Of a stretch of DNA of 64,000 bases, positions 46,899-59,004 are shown one piece after another. Every line of letters starts with the position of its first letter. Position 1 is the first letter of the stretch. Source of the DNA: an uncultured Muribaculaceae bacterium (GTDB lineage: Bacteria; Bacteroidota; Bacteroidia; Bacteroidales; Muribaculaceae). The notes beneath the pieces are model-generated. The model was given only the letters and a program-made list of their open reading frames with translations. It did not search any database and had not been told where the DNA came from. Where the stretch lies: the NCBI GenBank assembly GCA_910578395.1, contig CAJTPZ010000003.1, forward strand, positions 25,476 to 89,475, given 5' to 3'. A program made the position numbers and the translations under genes.

Positions 46899-47891
46899 TT
46901 ATTTAATGCGTATTTTTCTGCCGATGCGTAGAGTAGTTTTTGTCGTTATGCCGTTGAGCTGGCATAGCTTGTTGATTGTAGTGCCTTGTCTTGAAGCTAT
47001 GCGGCCAAGTGTGTCACCGGATTTGATCGTGTAATACTGAGATCCTGATGCCGCAGCTTTAGCTGCGACTCTTGCAGCTTCCGGATGACTTTTCATGTAT
47101 TCCGCGTATTCGGCAAGATACTTCTTCTGATATTCGGAATTTGCTGCCGGATCATAGTTGCGGGCCAGCTGATAGGAATCCTTGTCGAATGTATAGGTGT
47201 CGGTATGTACCGTCTGGTTGGCAAAGTCGAAAATAGCAGACGGATTGATAGGGTAACCCATGAATCGTGTCTCGAAATGGAGATGAGGACCGGTTGAACG
47301 TCCGGTGTTGCCTCCAAGAGCGATTGGCTCGCCGGCTTTTACGTATTGATCCGGCTCAACAAGAAATTTTGACAGATGCCCGTATACGGTCTCAAGGCCG
47401 TTGGCATGACGAAGTATGACATAGTATCCATAACCTCTGCGCTCAAATTTTGTCAGTCGCACTTTGCCGTCGAATGCCGCTTTGATTGTATCGCCTATAT
47501 GCACCTTCAGGTCGATGCCTTTATGCTGGCGCCGAAACCGCCGACGATATCCGTAGGGTGACGTTACGTAGCCTGCGTGGGGCATGTGGAATTTGCTGAC
47601 ATCTATTACCTGAGACTGGGGTACATCGCTTGATTTGAATGGATTTACCAATTGACTGTCCCATCCTTCGGTATAAATATCCATTTCCGGCTCTTCTTCT
47701 TCCTTGAAGAGCTGGTCGAGAAATTGCTGTGTCCCTTCTACCTTGATTTGCTCGCCTATATTCTGTTGTTTTGCTATCAGTTCGGCGTGTTCTTCTTTGT
47801 GAGCGCCTGGCAGATGCAATTTCTGTGCAAATGCCGTTGGAGCTGAAAAAAGACAGGTAAAAAGTGATATCTTGACTAAAAAATTTTGCAT
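46899..47891 (-). CDS. M23 family metallopeptidase with C-terminal LysM domain
   Basis: HKGIDL, GNTGRSTGPHLHFE and a LysM segment (YYTIKSGDTLGRIASRQGTTINKLCQLNG). Confidence 0.85.
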   Translation of the reverse strand: MQNFLVKISLFTCLFSAPTAFAQKLHLPGAHKEEHAELIAKQQNIGEQIKVEGTQQFLDQLFKEEEEPEMDIYTEGWDSQLVNPFKSSDVPQSQVIDVSKFHMPHAGYVTSPYGYRRRFRRQHKGIDLKVHIGDTIKAAFDGKVRLTKFERRGYGYYVILRHANGLETVYGHLSKFLVEPDQYVKAGEPIALGGNTGRSTGPHLHFETRFMGYPINPSAIFDFANQTVHTDTYTFDKDSYQLARNYDPAANSEYQKKYLAEYAEYMKSHPEAARVAAKAAASGSQYYTIKSGDTLGRIASRQGTTINKLCQLNGITTKTTLRIGRKIRIK

Positions 47892-47973
47892 TTCAGATTT
47901 GTTTCCTAATCGGAGAGATCGGCTTATCGTTGTTTATATTTTCAAGTTGTCGGTAATTTGTTGTTTAGGAGAG

Positions 47974-48435
47974 TCATTTGCCGTCAGGAGCATAGAGATA
48001 TCTGAAATAATCAGGCTTATAGTCAAATATTTCGTTATCCTGGAAGAATCGTCGGATTTCGATGGCTGCGTTTTCGGCACTGTCGGATGCGTGGACGATA
48101 TTTTCCTGACTGCTCATTGAGAAATCTCCTCTTATTGTTCCGGGTGCCGCTTTTGAAGCATCGGTAGATCCGACCATATTTCTTACAACTTCTATTGCAT
48201 CTTTGCCTTTCAGACATATCGCGATAACCGGACATGCCATCATCGATGCAAGTATCATTGGAAAAAATGAACGGTCGACTAAGTGGGCGTAATGTTCACG
48301 GAGTATGTTCTCGTCAAGCTTCATCATTTTAAGGCCGGCAATTATCAGTCCCTTTTTTTGGAAGCGTGACAAAATATCTCCTATAAGGGAGCGTTCAATG
48401 CCCGATGGCTTAATAAGAACAAGTGTTGATTCCAT
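47974..48435 (-). CDS. ndk: Nucleoside-diphosphate kinase
   Basis: MESTLVLIKPSG..., GTIRGDF and NIVHASDS. The ATG at 48435 is preferred over the ORF-track start. Confidence 0.9.
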   Translation of the reverse strand: MESTLVLIKPSGIERSLIGDILSRFQKKGLIIAGLKMMKLDENILREHYAHLVDRSFFPMILASMMACPVIAICLKGKDAIEVVRNMVGSTDASKAAPGTIRGDFSMSSQENIVHASDSAENAAIEIRRFFQDNEIFDYKPDYFRYLYAPDGK

Positions 48436-48597
48436 GAAACTGAGATTTTTGATTCTCAATATTTTGGTTTTTACAAAGATAGCGATTAGTGCGGAAATAT
48501 GGAAAAATGAGTAGACTTAAAAAATACTAATTGATATGATAATGTACGAAGATGTTATGTAAGCTGCTGCTGTATAGTATTATATATGGTGTATGTT

Positions 48598-48638
48598 TTA
48601 AAACATAAAATCTTCGGCCGATAATTCGACCGAAGACT
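48598..48638 (-). terminator. Hairpin terminator after the mutA-mutB operon
   Basis: TCTTCGG (48610-16) pairs with CCGAAGA (48629-35). On the minus strand it is followed by ATTTTATGTTTT. Confidence 0.55.
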
Positions 48639-48681
48639 TTACTTCTTAAATCTGATGTTGCGTTTTACAGCCAGTCAGATT

Positions 48682-50829
<2,148 letters not shown>

Positions 50830-50850
50830 TATTGATAATGCGGGGGAAGG

Positions 50851-52710
50851 TTAGGCTTTAAGAAGACGCTCGTTGAAACTGGTGAGAGTCTCAAGCACAT
50901 TGCTGCGAACGTGGATAAAGTTCTCAATACCGATAGCTTTTAGGTCGTCGGTGCATGCGGGGGCTCCTGCCACTACAAACTCGGCTTTGCCGGCAAGTTT
51001 CTGATAAGCTTCAGGTGCAAGTGTCGCATACTCGTCGTCGCTGGAACAGAGGACTATTATGTCGGCATTTTTCTCGGCAGCAGCGGTAAGGCCCTCGTCA
51101 ATTGTGTTGAATCCGATATTGTCGATGATCTCATATCCGGCACAGCCGAAGAAGTTGCTTGAGAACTGGGCACGTGCCAGACGCATGGCGAGATTTCCTA
51201 TCGTCAGCATAAATACCTTCGGACGGTTAGCCGAACGCTCTGTGGCAAGGCGCAACTGCTCGAAATCGCTCGCCATGCGCTCTTTGGGCAGAGCTTTCGA
51301 TTGATCGCTTCCTTCGGGCTGATGCTTGCAACAGCAACATGTGCCATCATTCTCAATCTTCTGTGACGCAGTTTCGTTGAAGTTGGGATATTGGTTTGTG
51401 CCAAGAAGTATCTCTTTGCGGCGTGCCATGTCATTATGGCGCTTTTCTGATGTTTCCTTCACCGCCTGCTGTACTGTACCGTTGTTTAGCTGAGAGAGGA
51501 ATCCGTCTTCCTCAGCTACGTTGATAAACAGTTTCCATGCTTCTTTGGAAATCGAGACCGTAAGAGTCTCTACATAGTAGCTACCGCCTGCCGGATCGAC
51601 AACTTTGTCGAGGTGGCTTTCTTCTTTAAGAAGGAACTGTTGGTTGCGGGCTATGCGTTCCGAGAATGCGTCGGGGGTCTTGTAGGTTACATCAAACGGG
51701 GTTACGGTAATAGAATCGACACCTGCAAGAGCTGCCGACATGGCTTCCGTCTGGCTGCGGAGGAGATTGACATGTGCATCGTAAATTGTCATGTTGAAGC
51801 GCGAGGTGGTGGCATGTGCGACCATTTTACCTGCGCAGCAGCATGAAGGTTCATATTGCCTGACAATCTCAGCCCACAACATGCGTGCAGCACGGAATTT
51901 TGCAATCTCCATGAAGTAGTTGCTTGAAATACCCATGTTGAATTTGATGCGCGGTGCCACCTCGTCGATACTCATGCCTGCATCTGTGAGCATTGTAAGG
52001 TATTGTGCGCCCCATGCAAGAGCGTAGCCGAGTTCCTGGAAAATATAGGCGCCGGCATTGTTTAACATGTCGGAGTCTACAGCAAGCACACGCAGTGCAG
52101 GCACGTCTTTTGCAGCTTCGATAATAGCCTTTGCAGTCTGGGCTACGGCTGAAGCGTCAACAGTCTTTCCATGCTTCAGTGCAGGTCGGAAGGGATTGTA
52201 ATCGACAGAGCCGTGGAACACTTCAGTCTTGCCTTCGGCTTTGAGCACTTCTACGAGAGCCTTTACAAGATTAAGGGCTTTGCATGTACAAGATTTTACA
52301 TTGATTTCTACTTTTTCAAGATCAATGTCCTTGATAAGAGCCGTGATGCTCTCTGCAGATGGCTCTGATACATGGAATCCGATTGAATTTACGCCCTTTG
52401 AGATGGCTTCTAATGCCTGTTTGTTTGCCTCAGCGGGATCTGTCGCAGGGATTTCCTGACGGGTAAGCCAGTCATTGTCGGTACGTGTGCCTCGGATGTA
52501 AGGGAACTGGCCGGGCAGCGACGATGTTGTTGTGAAATTCTCAATGTCTTCGGCGCGATACATCGGCTGTACATTGAATCCTTCATTGGTCCTCCACACC
52601 AATTTCTTTTCGAAGGGAACGCCTTTGAGATCGGCGTCGACCTTCGCCCTCCACTCTTCGGTGGTTATCGGGGGAAACTGGTCGAAGAGTTTTTCATTCT
52701 TTTCTGCCAT
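50851..52710 (-). CDS. mutA: Methylmalonyl-CoA mutase, small subunit
   Basis: 619 aa paralogous to the MCM barrel but lacking the DxHxxG B12 ligand motif. Lies immediately upstream of mutB. Confidence 0.85.
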   Translation of the reverse strand: MAEKNEKLFDQFPPITTEEWRAKVDADLKGVPFEKKLVWRTNEGFNVQPMYRAEDIENFTTTSSLPGQFPYIRGTRTDNDWLTRQEIPATDPAEANKQALEAISKGVNSIGFHVSEPSAESITALIKDIDLEKVEINVKSCTCKALNLVKALVEVLKAEGKTEVFHGSVDYNPFRPALKHGKTVDASAVAQTAKAIIEAAKDVPALRVLAVDSDMLNNAGAYIFQELGYALAWGAQYLTMLTDAGMSIDEVAPRIKFNMGISSNYFMEIAKFRAARMLWAEIVRQYEPSCCCAGKMVAHATTSRFNMTIYDAHVNLLRSQTEAMSAALAGVDSITVTPFDVTYKTPDAFSERIARNQQFLLKEESHLDKVVDPAGGSYYVETLTVSISKEAWKLFINVAEEDGFLSQLNNGTVQQAVKETSEKRHNDMARRKEILLGTNQYPNFNETASQKIENDGTCCCCKHQPEGSDQSKALPKERMASDFEQLRLATERSANRPKVFMLTIGNLAMRLARAQFSSNFFGCAGYEIIDNIGFNTIDEGLTAAAEKNADIIVLCSSDDEYATLAPEAYQKLAGKAEFVVAGAPACTDDLKAIGIENFIHVRSNVLETLTSFNERLLKA

Positions 52711-52887
52711 TTCTGGTTTAGGTATTATTTATAAATATAAAATTCTTGTCTTACAGCAAAGTCGACGTTTATGACGACTCTACAACATGCAAATTTAATG
52801 AAATTCATTAAAGCCGCATCAAATTAAGTAAAATTAATTGATACGGCTTTAAGGGATAATGCTTACAAGTGCGCCGGTCTATAATGC

Positions 52888-55194
52888 TCAGATGTTTACC
52901 GACAATCCGATATTGACACATCTGGGAAGTGCCGGCCCATAAATGTATCCGGAGTCGCGCCGGGATCCGAGATCAAAATCATTTTGATAGGAGTTGAATA
53001 TATTGCTTACTCCTGCCGACATGTCAAGATTCACGCGGTTGTACAAGCGGAATGTATATGTAAGTTTTACAGAAGCGTCAAAAAAAGATCTGGTGCGTAC
53101 TGCCTTGTCAATATCGGTTCCTGAGCTTACTATGTGCTGAACAAGCATAGGGCCGGTCGCGGTGCCTGTGAATACAGCTTTAAGGCGGTTTATTACGTTC
53201 CAGTTTGCTGTGAAGTATCCGTAGATGTCAGGGGTTCGGAACATGCGCTTTTCTGCAGGAACATCGGGGTTGTCGCTCCATACTTCAGGCTTCTTGTATC
53301 GACTGCGCTGCATGGTTGTGCCAGCTTGAATATCGAACTTGTTTGAGAAAAATGCTTTTGCTTCCAGATTCACTCCCATTACGCGGGCTCCTGATCCATT
53401 GTAGCGTTCAAGCACAGCATTGCCGTTTTGATCGAGCCCGTCGAGCTGACGCAGTGCAAACACATCTCTGAGATCGGTAAAAAAGCCCTCGATGAGGAAG
53501 TTGGTCTGCACGTTTCCGAAACGATGGTAGAGGTCAGCCGACAGACTTACACTCTGAGAGCTTTCCTGCTTAAGTCCCGGTGCCAGCACTGTCACTACAC
53601 GTTCACCTCCAACAATGGCAACGTGGAAGTCTTCGTCATAGGCTTGTGGTGAACGGAATCCTGTTGAATAGGATGCTCTGAAATTAAGATTGTCCGACGG
53701 ATTAAACCGGATATTTGTACGTGGAGATATTATAGGGTTGTCGATCAGCGAGTGTTTGTCGAGTCTTGCGCCAATCAGAAATCCCCATTTTTCATTTTTC
53801 CATTCGTTTTGCAGATATCCGCTGTATATGTGTACGTTTTGCAGAATGTCATGGTTGTATCCGATTGTAGTGTCGTGTAGACGGTTATAGGAGTATTCTA
53901 TGCCGGCCAACAATTCCGAGGGCATAAACAGAAAGTGAGTTATGGGGTGTGTCCATTGCGCGCCTGATGTCACTACAATGTCAGAGGTGCGGCCATAGGC
54001 GTCAGGATCCATATCTGATCCATAATAACTCTGTCGTTTTGTGGCTTGTGTCGCTGCAAATATAGAGAGATGGTCACGACGGTCTCTGAGCCATAAATCC
54101 ATTGTCGCTTCACCGGCGTGAATATTGTGGTCGACCTGTTCGGCAATCAATGCAAGATGCGCCGGCTGATCGAGCTGATCACCTCCGCGACGGTATTCAT
54201 GTGTGTTGTGGTATTCAAGGGTTAGTTTAGAGATGTCGCTTGTACGGAGAAAAGTGCGTGCACCCAAAGTCTGGCTTTTAAGTTGAGCGATTTCTGTAAA
54301 TCCGTCGTCGTTGTGGTCATATCCGTCGCGATATCTGCTTTGTCCATATATGAAGATGCCGGCTTTGTTGTTATCGGTGACGACAGAGGCGTTGACGGTC
54401 GTGTTGTTGTCCAGTGAGCCCGAAGGACCGATTGAAGTCAGGGTATGCGAGATCTGGGCGGAATTGCTTAAAGGATCTTTTGTGATGATATTGATAGTGC
54501 CGCCTACGGCCGACGAACCGAACAGAGCAGAGCCTCCTCCACGCATTACTTCTACACGGTCGATCATGTTGGCTGGTATCTGTTCAAGTCCATAAACTCC
54601 GGTAAGGGCAGAAAAAACGGGGCGTGAATTCATGAGTATCTGGGAATAATGTCCGTCGAGGCCATTGATTCTGACTTGTGTAAAACCACAGTTCTGACAA
54701 TCATTCTCAACTCTGACTCCAGGTTGGAAATCAAGTCCGTCGGCAAGCGATGATGCTCCTATGTTAAGTAGTGTTTTTCCAGATACAACATTAACCAGAG
54801 ATGGGCTTTCGCGGCGGACAGTCTCGGTTTTAGACGAGGTTACTACCACCTGATCAAGCATAAACGCGTCTGGTCTGATGTCAAAGTTGAGTTCTACAGT
54901 CTGGCCGGATTTTATTTCAGTTGATTTTTTCTGACTGGAGTATCCCATGAAAGAGACTTCAAGCGTATATGTTCCGGGGGTAAGGTCGCGGAATATGTAG
55001 TGCCCCGACGCATCGGTCATAGCCGCTAAGTTGGTGTTGATGATTCTGACTAAGCATCCGGGAATGTGGTCCCCGTTTTCAGCATCGATTACGTGTCCGC
55101 TTATATTTGCGTCTGTGGCAGTTTTTGACTGCGGGCTTGTATAAAAGGCAGTAATAAACAAGACTGCAACTGTAGTAAGTATACGTTGAAACAT
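52888..55194 (-). CDS. TonB-dependent receptor with CarboxypepD_reg N-domain
   Basis: 768 aa. ISGHVIDAENGDHIPGCLVRII...GTYTLEVSFMGY, plug motifs (VVVTSSKTE, RVEVMRGGGSALFGSSAVGGTINIIT) and a beta-barrel. Confidence 0.85.
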   Translation of the reverse strand: MFQRILTTVAVLFITAFYTSPQSKTATDANISGHVIDAENGDHIPGCLVRIINTNLAAMTDASGHYIFRDLTPGTYTLEVSFMGYSSQKKSTEIKSGQTVELNFDIRPDAFMLDQVVVTSSKTETVRRESPSLVNVVSGKTLLNIGASSLADGLDFQPGVRVENDCQNCGFTQVRINGLDGHYSQILMNSRPVFSALTGVYGLEQIPANMIDRVEVMRGGGSALFGSSAVGGTINIITKDPLSNSAQISHTLTSIGPSGSLDNNTTVNASVVTDNNKAGIFIYGQSRYRDGYDHNDDGFTEIAQLKSQTLGARTFLRTSDISKLTLEYHNTHEYRRGGDQLDQPAHLALIAEQVDHNIHAGEATMDLWLRDRRDHLSIFAATQATKRQSYYGSDMDPDAYGRTSDIVVTSGAQWTHPITHFLFMPSELLAGIEYSYNRLHDTTIGYNHDILQNVHIYSGYLQNEWKNEKWGFLIGARLDKHSLIDNPIISPRTNIRFNPSDNLNFRASYSTGFRSPQAYDEDFHVAIVGGERVVTVLAPGLKQESSQSVSLSADLYHRFGNVQTNFLIEGFFTDLRDVFALRQLDGLDQNGNAVLERYNGSGARVMGVNLEAKAFFSNKFDIQAGTTMQRSRYKKPEVWSDNPDVPAEKRMFRTPDIYGYFTANWNVINRLKAVFTGTATGPMLVQHIVSSGTDIDKAVRTRSFFDASVKLTYTFRLYNRVNLDMSAGVSNIFNSYQNDFDLGSRRDSGYIYGPALPRCVNIGLSVNI

Positions 55195-55261
55195 TTATAT
55201 ATTTATGTGATGTTTGGTTGTTTTCCAGGCTTAAAATGAAGATGCCTGAATTTTTTCGGCG

Positions 55262-55269
55262 CAAAATTA
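55262..55269 (-). promoter_or_regulatory. Candidate -7 box (TAATTTTG) for the TonB-dependent receptor gene
   Basis: The reverse complement of 55262-55269 reads TAATTTTG, about 70 nt upstream of the ATG at 55194. Confidence 0.35.
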
Positions 55270-55379
55270 TAGTATTATTGAAAAGCGGTCAATACCTATA
55301 AATAGTGAAAAAACGGCAATATTCTTCAAGTCTATACTGAAAAAATGTTAGGCATGGTGTATTATAACGTAGGAAGTAG

Positions 55380-55387
55380 TACTTTTG
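55380..55387 (+). promoter_or_regulatory. Candidate -7 box (TACTTTTG) for the DUF59/lpxH genes
   Basis: TACTTTTG lies 15 nt upstream of the ATG at 55402. This supports the shorter start. Confidence 0.4.
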
Positions 55388-55401
55388 TATGTGAAATCAA
55401 A

Positions 55402-55728
55402 ATGGTTATGACACAGGAAGAAAAACTTGCTATTGAGGAACGCGCCCTCGAACTTTTGCGCACGGTATATGATCCTGAGATCCCGGTTGATATTTATTCT
55501 CTCGGTCTTATTTATAAGATAGATGTAGATGATGATGGAAAGCTCAACATCGATATGACTCTGACTGCGCCAAACTGTCCGGCGGCTGATTTCATTGTGG
55601 AGGATGCACGATATAAACTTCAATCAATCGAAGGTGTAAAGGAAGTGAATATAGAAATAGTGTTTGAGCCAGAGTGGACTCGTGATATGATGAGCGAGGA
55701 GGCTAAACTTGAGCTTGGATTCCTTTGA
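55402..55728 (+). CDS. DUF59 / SUF-type Fe-S cluster assembly protein (MIP18 family)
   Basis: LRTVYDPEIPVDIYSLGLIY...TLTAPNCPAADFI is the canonical DUF59 pattern. Confidence 0.8.
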   Translation: MVMTQEEKLAIEERALELLRTVYDPEIPVDIYSLGLIYKIDVDDDGKLNIDMTLTAPNCPAADFIVEDARYKLQSIEGVKEVNIEIVFEPEWTRDMMSEEAKLELGFL

Positions 55729-55739
55729 CACTGCGGATA

Positions 55740-56501
55740 ATGGCAGAGCGAGACCTTACATATTTTATTTCAGATTTGCACCTCGGAGCCGGATATATTG
55801 CCGATAAGAGAGCCCATGAGTTGAAAATCGTGGATTGGTTGCGAAGCATTGAGCCACGATGTAGCAGACTTTATCTTTTGGGCGATGTGATAGACTACTG
55901 GTACGAGTACCGTTATGTAGTTCCAAGAGGATTTGTCAGATTTTTCGGTCAGTTGGCTTCAATGGCCGACAAAGGGATTGAAATAACATGGTTGACCGGA
56001 AATCACGATATATGGATTTTCGATTACATTCCAAAAGAGCTTGGAGTAAAGGTGATTGATGGAGTCATGGTCACAGAGATTGACGGCACATGTTTTTATC
56101 TGGCTCATGGTGATGCTGTAGGCAGCTTGAAACCGGGATTTAAGTTTATGCGGAAATTATTTCGCAACAGATTTGCACAAAGGATATTCGGTGCTGTGCA
56201 TCCTGGGCTTACCATACCGTTTGCGCATCGTTGGTCATCCTCTTCAAGGAAAGGAGCCACAGGCAAGTATGACAAATATCTTGGTGATGATAAAGAGCCA
56301 ATGGTGCCATGGGCAAGGGATTATGCAAAGGCACATCCGGAAGTGGATTATATTCTGCTTGGACACCGTCACATCATGCTTGAGCGAGAAGTAGGGGAGC
56401 ATTGCCGTCTGATGGTGATTGGCGACTGGATAAGGCACTTCTCATATGCTGTATGGGATGGTAAAGAGTTGAAACTTAAAGATCTTAACTTGGTAGTTTA
56501 A
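55740..56501 (+). CDS. lpxH: UDP-2,3-diacylglucosamine diphosphatase
   Basis: YFISDLHLG, LLGDVIDYW, GNHD and the HGD motif. ATG at 55740. Confidence 0.85.
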   Translation: MAERDLTYFISDLHLGAGYIADKRAHELKIVDWLRSIEPRCSRLYLLGDVIDYWYEYRYVVPRGFVRFFGQLASMADKGIEITWLTGNHDIWIFDYIPKELGVKVIDGVMVTEIDGTCFYLAHGDAVGSLKPGFKFMRKLFRNRFAQRIFGAVHPGLTIPFAHRWSSSSRKGATGKYDKYLGDDKEPMVPWARDYAKAHPEVDYILLGHRHIMLEREVGEHCRLMVIGDWIRHFSYAVWDGKELKLKDLNLVV

Positions 56502-56530
56502 AAATATTTGCCAGAAATGATATAAGTTTA

Positions 56531-56538
56531 TATCTTTG
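56531..56538 (+). promoter_or_regulatory. Candidate -7 box (TATCTTTG) for tRNA-Arg
   Basis: TATCTTTG ends 15 nt before the mature tRNA 5' end. Confidence 0.5.
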
Positions 56539-56552
56539 CAATAGAAATATAT

Positions 56553-56624
56553 GTCTCCGTAGTTCAATGGATAGAATATTGGATTCCGGTTCCAACGATT
56601 GGGGTTCGACTCCCCACGGGGATA
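56553..56624 (+). tRNA. tRNA-Arg (anticodon CCG)
   Basis: Hand-folded cloverleaf. Acceptor GTCTCCG/CGGGGAT (with G1-U72 and U4-G69 wobbles), D arm GTTC/GAAT, anticodon stem TTGGA/TCCAA with loop TTCCGGT, T arm TGGGG-TTCGACT-CCCCA, discriminator A. No encoded CCA. Confidence 0.85.
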
Positions 56625-56630
56625 CTTTGT

Positions 56631-56680
56631 AAAATGCAATTCGCTTATTTTCGGCGGGTTGCATTTTATATATTTTATAA
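56631..56680 (+). terminator. Hairpin terminator after tRNA-Arg
   Basis: AAAATGCAA (56631-39) pairs with TTGCATTTT (56659-67), followed by ATATATTTT. Confidence 0.6.
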
Positions 56681-56798
56681 CGTTGTCATTGAATTATCTG
56701 TAGCGAATTTAATGGCAAGTCATATAATTGAGATCGAAAAATTAAAATCAGGACAACTTAAATGAATATAATATTCAAAGTTGTTTGTCGAAAAGGTG

Positions 56799-57161
56799 CT
56801 ATCTGATGGTAGTCGAAAGTCTTGATTTTCGGATGAGTGCGGAAATAGCCATGGTTGCCCCGCTTAGCAAAAAGTAAGCGGTAGCATATAATGTGAACCA
56901 TATTTCATTCGGATCAAAAAAAGTCCAAGCGCCGACAAGAAATATGATAGGGGATAATATTGGAAAATACCACATATTATGCAGGCTCAGTCCTGAAAAG
57001 ATACCAATAGTGATGGAATATGCCGGATTTACAATAAAAAACAGTATTATACAAAGTGCCATTCCCGCGCATTCTGATGCTAACATGGCAACACAACAAG
57101 GTAAGACAAACATGATTGCTATTGTTGCAGCTAACCAATAGGCCGTGTACTTTTTTTTCAT
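56799..57161 (-). CDS. Hypothetical small integral membrane protein (4 predicted helices)
   Basis: 120 aa from ATG 57161 (MKKKYTAYWLAATIAIMFV). Strongly hydrophobic, no recognisable family. Confidence 0.5.
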   Translation of the reverse strand: MKKKYTAYWLAATIAIMFVLPCCVAMLASECAGMALCIILFFIVNPAYSITIGIFSGLSLHNMWYFPILSPIIFLVGAWTFFDPNEIWFTLYATAYFLLSGATMAISALIRKSRLSTTIR

Positions 57162-57165
57162 GAGC

Positions 57166-58245
57166 TTAAAACGGACATGTCTGCCATTTTTCAATTAGAG
57201 CCGTCATATCTTGGGGGAGAGGTGCTGAGAAATCCATCTCTTCACCTGTCTTGGGGTGTCGGAAGCCGAGTGTGCGGGCGTGAAGTGCCTGACGAGGGCA
57301 TAGTGCCATGCAGTTGGATACAAACTGACGATAGCGTGAAGTGTCAAGGCCACGCAGTATTTTGTCTCCGCCGTAACGGGCGTCGGCAAACAGCGGGTGT
57401 CCTATGTGAGACATGTGGACACGTATCTGATGGGTTCGTCCTGTTTCGAGGCGGCAGGTTATTACAGATACGTAAGAGAGTTGTTGCTCGACATTGTAAT
57501 GGGTTATGGCATGTTTGCCTTGTTCGCTTCCTTCGGGATAAACGGCCATTTTGAGGCGATCGCGCACATCACGTCCGACATTTCCTATTACAGTGCCATG
57601 TTTTGGATCCGGTGTTCCCCAGCAAAGAGCTGTGTATTCGCGTCGGGTCGTTTTGTTAAAAAACTGACGTCCGAGGTCGGTTTTGGCATCAGGGGTTTTT
57701 GCAATGACAAGCAATCCTGATGTGTCTTTGTCTATGCGGTGCACCAATCCAAGCCTCGGATCATTGACATCGTAGTCGGGTGTGTCTCTGAAATGCCATG
57801 CAAGAGCATTGACGAGTGTACCTGTATAGTTGCCGTGTCCCGGATGTACAACCATTCCCGCCGGCTTGTTGACAACAAGAACCGTGTCGTCTTCGTAGAC
57901 TATGTCAAGAGGAATTTCCTCGGGTATTATCTCATTCTCGTATCGCGGTCTGTCCATGACGACCGCAACTATGTCAAAAGGTTTTACTCTATAATTACTT
58001 TTTACAGGACGTCCGTTGACAATGATACATCCGGCATCAGCAGCTTGTTGTATGCGGTTTCGTGAAGAAGCTTTTGGCATACGCTCGACAAGAAATTTGT
58101 CGACACGAAGGAGGGTCTGCCCTTTGTCGGCTTCAAAACGGAAATGTTCAAACAATCCTGATGCATTTTCTTCCTCGCTGTCGATTAACTCAGGGTCATC
58201 TGCCGGGTATCCGCATTCTTGACGGGTATGGTCAACGATTCCCAT
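57166..58245 (-). CDS. rluD: RluA family 23S rRNA pseudouridine synthase (RluD-like) with S4 domain
   Basis: S4 domain (RVDKFLVERM...SRNRIQ) and catalytic motif HRIDKDTSGLLV. Confidence 0.9.
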   Translation of the reverse strand: MGIVDHTRQECGYPADDPELIDSEEENASGLFEHFRFEADKGQTLLRVDKFLVERMPKASSRNRIQQAADAGCIIVNGRPVKSNYRVKPFDIVAVVMDRPRYENEIIPEEIPLDIVYEDDTVLVVNKPAGMVVHPGHGNYTGTLVNALAWHFRDTPDYDVNDPRLGLVHRIDKDTSGLLVIAKTPDAKTDLGRQFFNKTTRREYTALCWGTPDPKHGTVIGNVGRDVRDRLKMAVYPEGSEQGKHAITHYNVEQQLSYVSVITCRLETGRTHQIRVHMSHIGHPLFADARYGGDKILRGLDTSRYRQFVSNCMALCPRQALHARTLGFRHPKTGEEMDFSAPLPQDMTALIEKWQTCPF

Positions 58246-58249
58246 GATG

Positions 58250-58861
58250 TTAATTTTCAGTGTCTTCGTCAGAATCGTCGCCCACTCCTTCTCCGACCTC
58301 TATGGTTATAGAAGCTGTTGTAGGAATTCTCATGCCGCTTTGCAGCGGAAGTCCGTTGTAGCGCGCTCCGAGTACGAGATCTTTATATTCAGATGGAACT
58401 TTTACAACTTCAACTTTATTTAGACCAAGTCCCTCGAATATTGAAATTCCTTGGCGCATAGATACATTGACAAAATCCGGAACAGAAACAAGCTTAGGTG
58501 AAAATGCCACAATCGTCAGGTAAACGGTACGCCCCGGCTTTACCTTTGAATTGTGTTTGGGATTCTGGTCGACCACTGTACCCGGCAACATTGATGATTC
58601 AAATATTGAGTCGGTTATTTCGGCTGTCATGCCTCCTTTGCTCAACACGTTGTCGGCATCGTTATAGTTGAGACCTCTGACATCAGGTACTATGTCTTCT
58701 TTACCGTGCAGTGTCCATACATCGAGTACTGAAAGTGAAATCCAGATAAGTATAAATGCCGAAACCACAATGAGGATGAGATTCCAGATCACAGGATATT
58801 TTTTAGGGAACCCGATCAACTGATCGGTAAAGTTTCTTTGGTTGTCTTTTGAATTTTCCAT
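58250..58861 (-). CDS. PASTA domain-containing membrane-anchored protein
   Basis: 203 aa with an N-terminal TM helix and two PASTA-like repeats (VPDVRGLNYNDADNVL..., VPDFVNVSMRQGISIF...). Conserved neighbour of rluD in Bacteroidota. Confidence 0.7.
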   Translation of the reverse strand: MENSKDNQRNFTDQLIGFPKKYPVIWNLILIVVSAFILIWISLSVLDVWTLHGKEDIVPDVRGLNYNDADNVLSKGGMTAEITDSIFESSMLPGTVVDQNPKHNSKVKPGRTVYLTIVAFSPKLVSVPDFVNVSMRQGISIFEGLGLNKVEVVKVPSEYKDLVLGARYNGLPLQSGMRIPTTASITIEVGEGVGDDSDEDTEN

Positions 58862-59004
58862 AATGCAAAATTAAGAAAAAACCTATAAAGCAGAGTCTGT
58901 ATTTACTGATTATGTTTAAATTTGCAAGTCAATTAAAAAATGATGTGGTGTCGGCGCAAGGCGTCGGCCGAATAGTAGAATCAAATTAAAGCGTTATATA
59001 AGTC

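Noticed and set aside
55195-55344. Possible cobalamin riboswitch upstream of the TonB-dependent receptor adjacent to the B12-dependent mutAB genes. Also checked at 5919-6026 and 52711-52887.
   Set aside because: The leaders are only about 60-150 nt. I could not find a B12-box-like GCCACTG core or the multi-stem architecture. Only a 5-bp hairpin (CAGGC/GCCTG, 55225-55248) is present. An Infernal scan would settle the question.
56553-56624. G1-U72 wobble at the top of the tRNA-Arg acceptor stem as a sign of a tRNA pseudogene.
   Set aside because: All other stems and conserved loop elements (the TTCGA T-loop and the 7-nt anticodon loop with T33) are intact, and the gene has its own promoter box and terminator. 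It is more likely a functional tRNA.
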